A stretch of DNA of 64,000 nucleotides from Longimicrobiales bacterium. Lineage in GTDB: Bacteria; Gemmatimonadota; Gemmatimonadetes; Longimicrobiales; Gaopeijiaceae. The number at the start of each line of letters is the position of its first letter. Position 1 is the stretch's first letter. Below, piece after piece: positions 30,836-39,493 of this stretch. The notes below the pieces were generated by a model. It saw only the letters and a list, made by a program, of their open reading frames with translations, was not told the DNA's origin and did not search any database. A program made the position numbers and the translations under genes. The DNA is taken from assembly GCA_965204735.1 (NCBI GenBank), contig OZ242008.1, positions 2,144,001-2,208,000 on the forward strand, written 5' to 3'.

Positions 30836-32229
30836 TGCCGGGGCGCCGTCGCGCGCAGCGCCGTTGCCAGGGCCGACGAGACCGCGGCGTCCTGCTCGGG
30901 CAGGACGGTCCTGAAGTCGAGAACGACCTTGCCGCTTCGGCTCCGGGCCACAACGGGCGGATCGTGGGTGCGAAGCGCGGTCAACCAGGCGTCGGCGTCG
31001 GCGCCGGGCGCGGGCACGCGAAGCACGGCAGTGGGGATCCCCGCACCGGGGAAGGTGCCGCCGCCCACCAACGACTCCCCCGCCCCGACTTCGGCGTCCA
31101 GCCCCGGGACGCCCGCCAGGACCGCGCGGGCGCGTTGCTCCAGCTCGGACGCGGTCGCCGCGATCATGCGAAGCGCCGGCACGCGCTCCCTAGCCCGCTC
31201 GGGATCGCGGTAGAGGATCAGGGTCGCCTCCACCCCGGCCAGCGTCGTCTTGCCGCAGCGCAACGCCCGGCACAGGGGATGCGCCTTCGCCCGGGCCACG
31301 TGCTCCTGCGACCCGGCCAGGACGCCGGCCTGCGGCCCGCCCATGAGCTTGTCGCCCGAGAAGACCACCACGTCCGCGCCGGCGGCGATGCTCTGCGCCG
31401 GGGTCGGCTCCGAGGGAAGCCCCAGCTCGGCGGCGTCCGCCAGCAAGCCCGAGCCCAGGTCGTGGACGAGGGGCAGGCCGCGGGAAGCAGCGAGCTGGGC
31501 CAGCTCTCGGAGGCCAGCCTCTCCCGTGAAGCCCGTCATGCGGAAGTTGGAGCGGTGGACCTTGAGGACGGCGCCCACGTCGCCGCCTTCCACGGCGCGT
31601 GCGTAGTCGGCCGGCCGGGTGCGGTTGGTCGTGCCCACGGCCACCAGCCTGGCCCCCGCCGCCTCCACCACCTCCGGGATGCGGAAGCCGCCCCCGATCT
31701 CGACCAGCTCTCCATGAGACACGACGACGCCCTTCCCGCCGGCCAGCGACGCCAGGGCCAGGGCCAGGGCGCCCGCCCCGTTGTTGACCACCACCGCGTC
31801 GGCGGCGCCGGCGAGTTCGGCGAGGAGCCGGGCGCAGTGCGCGTATCGGGAGCCGCGCTCTCCGGCCGCCAGGTCGAACTCCACGCTGGCGTAGCCCGAC
31901 GCGGCCGCCATCGCTGCCCGGGCTTCGGCCGCCAGGGGCGCTCGGCCCAGGTTCGTGTGCAGGACCACTCCCGTGGCGTTGACGACGGGCCGCAGCGACG
32001 GGGCGCTCGCCCGGGCGACCTCGGCGCGAACCAAGCCGGCCAGCGCTTGATCGGCGGTCGGGGCGGGATGCTGGCCGGCGCGGAGCCGCTCCAGCACGGC
32101 GCGCACCCGGGCCGCGATCCACGGACGGCCGTGCTGGGCGACCAGGGCGCGGCACCAGGGACGAGCCAGGACCCGGTCGACGCCGGGCACGGCTCGGCGG
32201 GGGTCGTCGATCTCGGGAGGGACCGCCAC
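30832..32229 (-). CDS. selA: L-seryl-tRNA(Sec) selenium transferase
   Basis: VVNATGVVLHTNLGRAPL, VNNGAGA, GELVEIGGGFRIPEV, VGTTNRT, KVHRSNF, DLGSG, FSGDKLMGGPQAG. Start approximate. Confidence 0.95.
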   Translation of the reverse strand: MAVPPEIDDPRRAVPGVDRVLARPWCRALVAQHGRPWIAARVRAVLERLRAGQHPAPTADQALAGLVRAEVARASAPSLRPVVNATGVVLHTNLGRAPLAAEARAAMAAASGYASVEFDLAAGERGSRYAHCARLLAELAGAADAVVVNNGAGALALALASLAGGKGVVVSHGELVEIGGGFRIPEVVEAAGARLVAVGTTNRTRPADYARAVEGGDVGAVLKVHRSNFRMTGFTGEAGLRELAQLAASRGLPLVHDLGSGLLADAAELGLPSEPTPAQSIAAGADVVVFSGDKLMGGPQAGVLAGSQEHVARAKAHPLCRALRCGKTTLAGVEATLILYRDPERARERVPALRMIAATASELEQRARAVLAGVPGLDAEVGAGESLVGGGTFPGAGIPTAVLRVPAPGADADAWLTALRTHDPPVVARSRSGKVVLDFRTVLPEQDAAVSSALATALRATAPRQ

Positions 32230-32234
32230 GCGGA

Positions 32235-33698
32235 TCAGGAGCGGAGGTCGGCGCCGTCGCGCACGGGACGGGCGTCGAGCGCCGTGGGGCACATCTCGGA
32301 CGCCGATGCCGGATGCCTGTCTGCCGACGCCGGATGCATGTCCGACGCTGATGCCCCAAGCGCGTCCGGCGCGGTGTCCGGCAGCAGCTGCACGCTGTCC
32401 GACGGGGCTTCCAGGCTGTCCGCCGGCGGGGCCGCCCCTCCAGAGTCCGGGACCGGGGCGCCCTCTGCCGAGGTCGTGTCCGACGCGACGTCCGCGCTGT
32501 CCGTCGCAGGTTCCCACACCACCAGCGCCGCGCTCTCACCGCTGGACGCGCCGGCCAAGTTGGCGACCGCAGCGACGCCGGCCATGTAGGGCACGCCGGG
32601 GCGCAGGAACCCCTCCTCCAGCACACCGACCAGGAACTGGGAGGGAAGGAGCAGTCCCGAGAGGCCCACGGCTTCGTCGGGGTAGTGGGCGTTGGTGCAG
32701 TCGCCCACGGTCATCGGCGGCGGCGGGTCGCCTTCCGTCCTGCCCTCGGCGCGAGCCGCGGAGTCGGCGCGAAGAGCCGTCCAGCGCCGGTGCTCGTGTT
32801 CCTGGAAGATGCGCAGGGAGCTGGACAAGGTATCGCCCTCCGCTTCCTCCCAGCGCGCGAAGCCCGAGACGGCGATGCCAGGCGTGCACGGGTTCAGGTG
32901 GTCGTCGAACTCGAACCGGATCGTGACCGAATCCTCCGCCGAGACGCTCGCCAGCCGCGCCCCGGTGGTGTCGGGCTCGATCAGGGACAGCACGACGAAG
33001 CTGGTGTCCGGGACGGCGGCCAGCCCTCCCCGCCGCCACTCCGAACGGGGCTCGCCGGCATCCAGGGAGTCGTTGCGGTTGCGGTCCTGCCACGCCCGGG
33101 CCTCGAAGGCGCCGGAGGGGACGTAGCGCAAGGAGAAGACCCCTTCGCTGCCGGTGTAGTTCCAGTGCACGGGCGCGCCCTCCTGGTCGGGGAACCGGGC
33201 CTGAACCCGGACGCCGTCCACCGCCGCTCCCGTCACTCGGTCCTCCACGAACCCGGCCAAGACGTTGGGAACGAACTCGCCGCCGGTGGAGACCACCAAG
33301 TCGAAGGGGTCGCGGAGACGATTGCCGAACATGTCGTTGATCACCGGCAGCACAGTGATCCTGTAGACCCGGCCCGGCTCGAGCGCGTGCTGGGCGCGGA
33401 CCCTGATCCCGTCGCGACCGTGGCTCACGCGCAGGTTTCCGGCGGAGGGAGACACGACGACCGCGTCGTCCATGACGCCGGAGGAAGGCCGTTCGCTGAT
33501 CCGCTCGCTGAAGCGGAACTCGAACTCGCGGAGATCGACGCCGTCCGGCACCGTGGCGAAGGTGTCGGGAACGCTCTCCACGACGTAGGGCGGCATGCGG
33601 TCCTCGGGACCTCCGCGAGGAGGCTCGGGACGGGCGCAGCCCCCGGCCAGCGTCCACGCCCAGGCGGCGATCGGGGGGACCAGAAGCCGGCGAACCAC
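32235..33698 (-). CDS. Lipoprotein with Ig-like (Big_5-type) domain
   Basis: Lipobox LAGGC followed by ARPEPPRGGPEDRMPPYVVESVP, FRFSERI, WQDRNRNDSLDAGEP; low-complexity C-terminal tail. Confidence 0.75.
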   Translation of the reverse strand: MVRRLLVPPIAAWAWTLAGGCARPEPPRGGPEDRMPPYVVESVPDTFATVPDGVDLREFEFRFSERISERPSSGVMDDAVVVSPSAGNLRVSHGRDGIRVRAQHALEPGRVYRITVLPVINDMFGNRLRDPFDLVVSTGGEFVPNVLAGFVEDRVTGAAVDGVRVQARFPDQEGAPVHWNYTGSEGVFSLRYVPSGAFEARAWQDRNRNDSLDAGEPRSEWRRGGLAAVPDTSFVVLSLIEPDTTGARLASVSAEDSVTIRFEFDDHLNPCTPGIAVSGFARWEEAEGDTLSSSLRIFQEHEHRRWTALRADSAARAEGRTEGDPPPPMTVGDCTNAHYPDEAVGLSGLLLPSQFLVGVLEEGFLRPGVPYMAGVAAVANLAGASSGESAALVVWEPATDSADVASDTTSAEGAPVPDSGGAAPPADSLEAPSDSVQLLPDTAPDALGASASDMHPASADRHPASASEMCPTALDARPVRDGADLRS

Positions 33699-33786
33699 GC
33701 CGGCCCCGTCTGTCCAGCGCGAGAGAGTGGCGGAAGCCGCCGTCGAGACTTGCCGCCTGGAGCTGCGGACCACGGCAGTCCTGCCC

Positions 33787-36600
33787 CTACCGGCCGTCCG
33801 ACGACCCGCCGCCGCCCAGAGCCGCCCGCTTCTCCCGCAGCTTGGCGATCCGATCGGTCCACGACGCGGCCTTCTCCCGCTCGCGCTCCACCACGGGCGG
33901 CGGCGCCCTGGAGGTGAAGTTCCGATTGGCCAAGCGGGCCTCGGCGCCCTTGAGCCCGGCGGCCAGTCGGTCGATCTCGGCGGCCAGCCGGTCGCGCTCC
34001 TTGGCCACGTCGATCACGCCCTCCAGAGGGACGAAGACCTCGGTGCCGTCCTGCAGCACCGCGCTGGCACCTGCCGTCTCCGGCGGGGGCTTCGTCGTCT
34101 CGACCCGCCCGACCCGCGCCAAGCGCCGCAACGCGGCTCCCCTGCCCGTCAGCGCCGCCGCCCCGCCGCCGGTCGCATGGAGCACGACCTCCTTGCCTTC
34201 GCCCACGCCGTACTCCTTGCGCATCGCGCGAACCTGGACGACCAGCTCCTGAAAGCGGCCGAAGCGCTTCTCGGCGTCCGGGTCGGCCAGCTCGGGCGAG
34301 GGCGCCGGCCAGCGGGCGGCGGCCAGGGGACCGTCCTCGGCGCGACGCCCGGGCAGGCGGCCCCACAGCTCCTCGGTCACGAAGGGGACGAAGGGGTGCA
34401 GGAGCCGGCACGTCCGGTCGAGCACGTGGACGAGCACGGAGCGGACCAGCTCCCGGTCCGGTCCTTCCGCCCGCAGCCGGTCCTTCGCCGTCTCCAGGTA
34501 CCAGTCGGCGAACTCGCCCCGGAAGAACTCCCGCAGCGCCTCGGCCGCCCCGTGGATGCGGAACTCCTCCAGCTCCTCGTCGGCGCGTCCCGCCGCGAAC
34601 TGGAGCCGCGAGAGGATCCACCGGTCCTCCAGCCGCAGGGGAGCCACGGGCTCCGGCGACGACGCGGCCCCCGACCCCGCCGAGCCGTCGGCTGCGCCGC
34701 CGGACCCGCCCAGCACGTCCGCCAAGGGCGCCACCGGAGCGCTCCCCAGGCTCATGAGCGCGAAGCGGCCCGCGTTCCACAGCTTGTTGACGAAGTTGCG
34801 GCCCGGCGCGAACGCCGCCTCCAGGTCCTGGTGGTCCAGCCGGATGTCGGCGCCGACCCCCGCGCTCGCCACCAGCGTGAAGCGCAGCGCGTCGGCCCCG
34901 TAGAGCTCGACGACCTCCAGCGGATCGATCCCGTTGCCCAGGGACTTGGACATCTTGCGCCCGTGCTTGTCCCGAACGGTGCCGTGGAGGTAGACCCGAC
35001 CGAAGGGGGCGTCGCCCATGGCGTGGAAGCCCGCCATGATCATTCGGGCGACCCAGAAGAAGAGGATTTCCGGCGCCGTGGAGAGCACGTGGCCCGGGTA
35101 GAACGCCGCCAGGTCCCGGTTCTTCTCCGGCCATCCGAAGACGGAGAACGGCCACAGCCACGACGAGAACCAGGTGTCCAGGACGTCCGGGTCCTGCTCG
35201 AGGTCGCGTCCCCCGCACTTCGGGCAGGCGTCCGGGTCGTCTCGGAGGGCCGTCGCCTCGCCGCACTCGCCGCAGTACCAGACCGGAATGCGGTGGCCCC
35301 ACCACAGCTGCCGCGAAATGCACCAGTCGCGGATGTGCTCCATCCACTGCTCGTACACGGCGGTCCAGCGCCCCGGAACGAAGGAGACGGCGCCGCTCCG
35401 AGACGCCTCCAGGGCCGGCTCGGCCAGGGGCTTCATCCGCACGAACCACTGCTCGCTCAGGCGGGGCTCCACCACCGTGTCGCAGCGGTAGCAGCGGGGC
35501 ACCGCGTGGACATGGTCGTCGCGGCCCGCCAGCAGGCCGGCCTCCTCCAGGGCCGCCAGCACCGCCTTCCGGGCCTCGAATCGATCCATGCCCTGGAAGG
35601 CCGCCGGGGCGCGGTCGTTCATCACCGCCCGCTCCGTCATGACGTCCAGCACCTCCAGGCCGGCGCGCGACGCGATCTCGAAGTCGGCGGGGTCGTGGGC
35701 CGGGGTCACCTTGACCATCCCCGTGCCGAAGGCTGCGTCCACGTGGGGGTCGGCCACCACCGGGACGGCGCGGTCCGTCAGCGGCAGCTCGGCGGAGGCT
35801 CCCACCAGCGCCCGATACCGCTCGTCGTCGGGCGCGACGGCGACTCCCGTGTCGCCCAGCATCGTCTCGGGGCGGGTCGTGGAGACCGTCAGGAACCAGC
35901 GGCCGCCCTTGGTCCTCCCCACCGCCTTCGCCCCGGCGGCCAGGGCCGCGGCGGCAACCTCTTCGTTGCCCGCCGCCAAGGGGTAGCGGACGTGCCACAA
36001 GGCGCCCTGCGACTCGGACGCCTCCGCCTCTTCGTTGGAGAGGGCGGTGAGGCAGCGCGGGCACCAGTTGATGATGTACTTGCCGCGGTAGACCAGGTCG
36101 CGCTGGTGGAGACTGACGAATATCTCGCGGACGGCGCGAGAGAGCCCTTCGTCCAAGGTGAAGCGGGTACGGCGCCAGTCGCAGCTGCAGCCGATCAGCT
36201 TGAGCTGGTCGACGATCCGGCCCTCGGTCCGCTTCACGTGTTCCCACACCCGCTGCACGAACGCTTCGCGCCCCAGATCGTGGCGGGTCTTTCCGTCCGC
36301 CGCCAGCTGCCGTTCCACTACGTTCTGGGTGGCGATCCCGGCGTGGTCGGTTCCCGGAACCCATAGCGCGATCCGACCCTGCATCCGGCGCCAGCGGATC
36401 AGCACGTCCTGGACGGTGTTGTTGAGTCCGTGGCCCATGTGGAGGACGGCGGTCACGTTGGGCGGCGGGATGACGATGACGTAGGGATCGCCGGCCGCCT
36501 CCACGGCCTCGGCGTCGGCGTGGAAGCAGCCGCTCTCCTCCCACAAGCGGAGGACCCGGGGCTCCACGGCCCGGGGGTCGAACACGGTCGGGAGCGTCAA
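33787..36600 (-). CDS. valS: Valine--tRNA ligase
   Basis: PPPNVTAVLHMGH, DWCISRQLWWGHRIP, DVLDTWFSS, KMSKSLGN, C-terminal coiled coil. TTG 36600 overlaps the upstream stop. Confidence 0.97.
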   Translation of the reverse strand: MTLPTVFDPRAVEPRVLRLWEESGCFHADAEAVEAAGDPYVIVIPPPNVTAVLHMGHGLNNTVQDVLIRWRRMQGRIALWVPGTDHAGIATQNVVERQLAADGKTRHDLGREAFVQRVWEHVKRTEGRIVDQLKLIGCSCDWRRTRFTLDEGLSRAVREIFVSLHQRDLVYRGKYIINWCPRCLTALSNEEAEASESQGALWHVRYPLAAGNEEVAAAALAAGAKAVGRTKGGRWFLTVSTTRPETMLGDTGVAVAPDDERYRALVGASAELPLTDRAVPVVADPHVDAAFGTGMVKVTPAHDPADFEIASRAGLEVLDVMTERAVMNDRAPAAFQGMDRFEARKAVLAALEEAGLLAGRDDHVHAVPRCYRCDTVVEPRLSEQWFVRMKPLAEPALEASRSGAVSFVPGRWTAVYEQWMEHIRDWCISRQLWWGHRIPVWYCGECGEATALRDDPDACPKCGGRDLEQDPDVLDTWFSSWLWPFSVFGWPEKNRDLAAFYPGHVLSTAPEILFFWVARMIMAGFHAMGDAPFGRVYLHGTVRDKHGRKMSKSLGNGIDPLEVVELYGADALRFTLVASAGVGADIRLDHQDLEAAFAPGRNFVNKLWNAGRFALMSLGSAPVAPLADVLGGSGGAADGSAGSGAASSPEPVAPLRLEDRWILSRLQFAAGRADEELEEFRIHGAAEALREFFRGEFADWYLETAKDRLRAEGPDRELVRSVLVHVLDRTCRLLHPFVPFVTEELWGRLPGRRAEDGPLAAARWPAPSPELADPDAEKRFGRFQELVVQVRAMRKEYGVGEGKEVVLHATGGGAAALTGRGAALRRLARVGRVETTKPPPETAGASAVLQDGTEVFVPLEGVIDVAKERDRLAAEIDRLAAGLKGAEARLANRNFTSRAPPPVVEREREKAASWTDRIAKLREKRAALGGGGSSDGR

Positions 36601-37619
36601 CGCGAGCGTGCGGCGCGGGTGGTGTCCGGCTTGATCACGGGGGGCGGCTTGCCCTCCTCGCCCTCGCCCTCCTCTTCCTCGGCTTCCGTCTCGGCTTCGG
36701 CCTTCGCCTTGGCCTCGATCTCCGCCTGCCGGCGAGCCTCCCGGCGCTGCCTCATGACCTCGGCCCTCTCCTTCCAGGACTGGCGGGCAGCCGTGGAGCC
36801 CGCCGCCCGATCGATGTCCGACAGGCGGAACGCCATCTCGGCGCGGTCGCCGTCGTAGTCGGGCGGGGGGCCGAAGCCGAAGGGCAGCGGGATCGTGATG
36901 TCGCCCAGGTGCAGGCGGCCGGGAGTGACGCCCCACTTGCCCCCGTCCTCGTCGGTGTGGGTCCAGTCGAGGGCAGCCCGAGCCCGGGCCGCCTCGGCCG
37001 TCGCCGAGTCGTTCATCGCCTCGATGGCCGCGAGGATGCGAAGCTCGAGGGCCTCTTCCGGCGTGGGCTCGATCGGCCCCGGATCGAGAACGTTCAGCAG
37101 GCGCGGATCGTCGATGACGGCGCGGAGGCGCTCGGCGGCGGAGCGGTAGCGTCCCGGAAAGCGTGGACCCTCGTCCTCGAAGGTCTGCAGCTCCAGGGCC
37201 ACGTCGGGGTCGTCGGGGGTCTCGATCTCGCTCGGGTCGGTCGGGTCGCCGGGCAGCCGGCCCTCGACCTCCACGAGGCGCACGACTTCGATGCCGTCGG
37301 GCGACGCGGGCGGAGGCAAGGCGGGGGGCAGCGCCGGGCGACCGGCGGGCGCGGTCGAGAAGGAGTAGACGACGACGGCGAGGACGTGGGCCAGCGCCGA
37401 GAGAGCCAAGCCCACGGCCGTCGCGCGGCGGCCCCGGCGGCGGACGGGCCGGGCCGGGGCGGAGAGGCTGCTCGGAAGCGCTGGGCCGCTTGGGCGCCGG
37501 GAGCCGCGGTCCGAAGGAGGGCGATCCGAGCCTTCGGGGTGGTCCCTCGAGCGCGTTGCCGCCGGCCCCGGCCGGGCCGGGCGATCCGAGCCCCGGGGGT
37601 GGTCCGCGTCGCTTCGCAT
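36597..37619 (-). CDS. Hypothetical membrane-anchored protein
   Basis: TM segment VGLALSALAHVLAVVVY; DWTHTDEDGGKWGVTPGRLHLGDITIPLP; in-operon overlap with valS. Start uncertain. Confidence 0.7.
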   Translation of the reverse strand: MRSDADHPRGSDRPARPGPAATRSRDHPEGSDRPPSDRGSRRPSGPALPSSLSAPARPVRRRGRRATAVGLALSALAHVLAVVVYSFSTAPAGRPALPPALPPPASPDGIEVVRLVEVEGRLPGDPTDPSEIETPDDPDVALELQTFEDEGPRFPGRYRSAAERLRAVIDDPRLLNVLDPGPIEPTPEEALELRILAAIEAMNDSATAEAARARAALDWTHTDEDGGKWGVTPGRLHLGDITIPLPFGFGPPPDYDGDRAEMAFRLSDIDRAAGSTAARQSWKERAEVMRQRREARRQAEIEAKAKAEAETEAEEEEGEGEEGKPPPVIKPDTTRAARSR

Positions 37620-37629
37620 GGTGAGGCTC

Positions 37630-38289
37630 CTACCCCGCCGGGGGAGTGGGCGTTCCCCCGGGCGAGATCGGATCGCCCGCTTCCACGGCGTTGGTCACCT
37701 TGGAGCCGCAGGAGAGTTCGACGGTCACCGTCTCGCCGGGAGAGAGGGGGCCGATGCCGTCGGGCGTGCCGGTCAGCACCAAGTCGCCTTCCTCCAAGGT
37801 CATCATGTGGGAGACGAAGCTGACGATGCGCCGGGGCGAGAACGCCATCTCGTCGGCGCTGGCCCGCTGGCGCTCCCGACCGTCGACCAGCGTCGCGAGC
37901 GAGAGGCTCGAGAGGTCCACCGCCGCCGCGTCGACCGGATTGCCCACGGGGCAAAAGGTGTCCATCCCCTTGGCGCGCGCCCACTGTCCGTCGATCCGCT
38001 GGAGGTCGCGGGCAGTGACGTCGTTGGCCGCCGCCACGGCGCCGACGAAGGACCACGCTTCGTCTTCGGACACGCGCCGGCAACGCCGGCCGATCACCAA
38101 GCCGATCTCGCCCTCGTAGTCCACCCGGCCGACGTCGGGGGGCACGCGGACGGCGGCTCCCGAAGGAATCAGCGCCGACGGCGGCTTGAGGAAGATCAGG
38201 GGCTCCGTGGGGACCGTGTTGCCCAGCTCCGCCGCGTGCAGGGCGTAGTTGCGCCCGACGCAGACGATCTTGCTGGGCCGGCCGGCCAC
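37630..38289 (-). CDS. Fumarylacetoacetate hydrolase family protein
   Basis: SKIVCVGRNYALHAAELG, IFLKPPSA, DYEGEIG, NDVTARDLQ, KGMDTFCP, TLEEGDLVLTGTP. Confidence 0.94.
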   Translation of the reverse strand: MAGRPSKIVCVGRNYALHAAELGNTVPTEPLIFLKPPSALIPSGAAVRVPPDVGRVDYEGEIGLVIGRRCRRVSEDEAWSFVGAVAAANDVTARDLQRIDGQWARAKGMDTFCPVGNPVDAAAVDLSSLSLATLVDGRERQRASADEMAFSPRRIVSFVSHMMTLEEGDLVLTGTPDGIGPLSPGETVTVELSCGSKVTNAVEAGDPISPGGTPTPPAG

Positions 38290-38290
38290 G

Positions 38291-38485
38291 TCACTCCGAC
38301 CGGGCGTGGATCGCAGTGCCGACCAGCGCGCCGACGGCCGCGATGCCCAGGAAGCCCGCGATGACCGTCCACCAGAACCCGACGTCCGAGTGGCCTCCGC
38401 CCCATCCGAGGAAGGCGGTGCGGGCCGCGGCGGCGGCGAGGGAGAGGAGACCGAGTCCAGCAAGGAAGCCGAGAGCCTTCTTCAT
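38291..38485 (-). CDS. Small two-TM hypothetical membrane protein
   Basis: 64 aa, MKKALGFLAGLGLLSL...WWTVIAGFLGIAAVGALVG; abuts the FAA hydrolase start. Confidence 0.7.
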   Translation of the reverse strand: MKKALGFLAGLGLLSLAAAAARTAFLGWGGGHSDVGFWWTVIAGFLGIAAVGALVGTAIHARSE

Positions 38486-38555
38486 CGTGGGAGCACGCTC
38501 CGAGGGATTGAAGTTTGGAGCCGGGTCGAGGAGCCAGGGTTGCCGCGCCCGTTGG

Positions 38556-38583
38556 AATCTACCGGCCCGGCACCAAGGGTCAA
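38556..38583 (-). promoter_or_regulatory. Putative sigma70 promoter for the operon running to valS/selA
   Basis: TTGACC-N16-TAGATT. Confidence 0.45.
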
Positions 38584-38681
38584 CGGTGGACGGGAGTGCT
38601 GCGCCCGGGGTTCCGTCGGGTCGTAGTCGGGCGGGTCGAGCCCGCCGACCGGGGGACAGCCCGCCGAATCGGGCGGCCGAG

Positions 38682-38976
38682 AGTGCCAGGTCCGGCCGCC
38701 GACCAGGTCCGGGCCGACCGAACAGTGCCAGGTCCGGCCGAGTGACGCCCGGCGGGACGAGTCGGGTGCTGTCGCACCGGGTTTTCCCCGCCGATCAGTC
38801 CCACGGTTCGGGTGGCAGGCCCGAGTCGGCCGAGTCGAGCGCTGTCGCACCGAACGGGTGTCCTACTACGGCTATGGACCCGCCCATCACGGCGGGCCGA
38901 GTCGGCCGAGTCGGGGAGTGTCGCACCCCCTGCGTAGCTTGCCCGGTTGTTCGCGAAACCGCATCGCGAAACCGCA
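38682..38976. repeat. Intergenic repeat cluster including three ~31-bp degenerate repeats with unique spacers
   Basis: (agtg)ccaggtccg(g)gccg x3 at 38682-38740; cgagtcg-N5-tgtcgcacc units at 38748-38778, 38821-38851 and 38897-38927; tcgcgaaaccgca x2 at 38951-38976. Confidence 0.7.
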
Positions 38977-39034
38977 GCCGTGCCGCCTTGGTTGGTCCGG
39001 TTGCGCGCCCCTTTGCCCGAACCCCTCGCGCCCC

Positions 39035-39493
39035 ATGCAGACGCCCCAGCCCTTCCGCTCCCGTCGCTCTCCTTCCCGTCTTCCTTCCCTCGCGCTGCTG
39101 GCGGCCCTTGTCGGCGGCGGGTGCGCCGGCAAGTTCATGGAGCGCGGGCCGAACCCGGCGTTCTGCGACTCGTCGCGAGTCTTCTCGGCAGTGGACGGAG
39201 TCGTCGGCGCCGGGGCCCTCGTCTGGGGGCTTCAAGTCGACATGGACCGCATGGCGAACGACTTCACCTTCAAGCGGTTGGAGGACGGTTCGCTGGGCGG
39301 CGGCTACGACGCGCTGCAGCTGGCGGTGGGCATTGCCGTGGGGGCCTCGTTCCTCGTCGAAGCCGGCCGCAGCTACAAGGCCGCGAACCGTTGCCGGCGC
39401 GTGTTGGAGTTCCAGAACGGCGAGGGCGCGGTCGGGGCGGCGCCTGTTGCGGGCCGCGACACCGTCCGCCACGACGGCTTTCGCAGACGTTGA
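39035..39493 (+). CDS. Hypothetical lipoprotein with Cys-flanked hydrophobic hairpin
   Basis: LALLAALVGGGC lipobox; two hydrophobic helices between Cys residues; the stop overlaps the next TTG. Confidence 0.6.
   Translation: MQTPQPFRSRRSPSRLPSLALLAALVGGGCAGKFMERGPNPAFCDSSRVFSAVDGVVGAGALVWGLQVDMDRMANDFTFKRLEDGSLGGGYDALQLAVGIAVGASFLVEAGRSYKAANRCRRVLEFQNGEGAVGAAPVAGRDTVRHDGFRRR

Noticed and set aside
26808..32229. Selenoprotein or selB/selC near selA
   Set aside because: The IscA-like protein has ordinary Cys codons; I recognised no in-frame UGA/SECIS candidate or tRNA-Sec.
38748..38927. Canonical CRISPR array (GTCGCACC resembles the start of type I-C repeats)
   Set aside because: Only three degenerate units, no GAAAC-like end, and no cas genes in the window; kept as an unexplained array.
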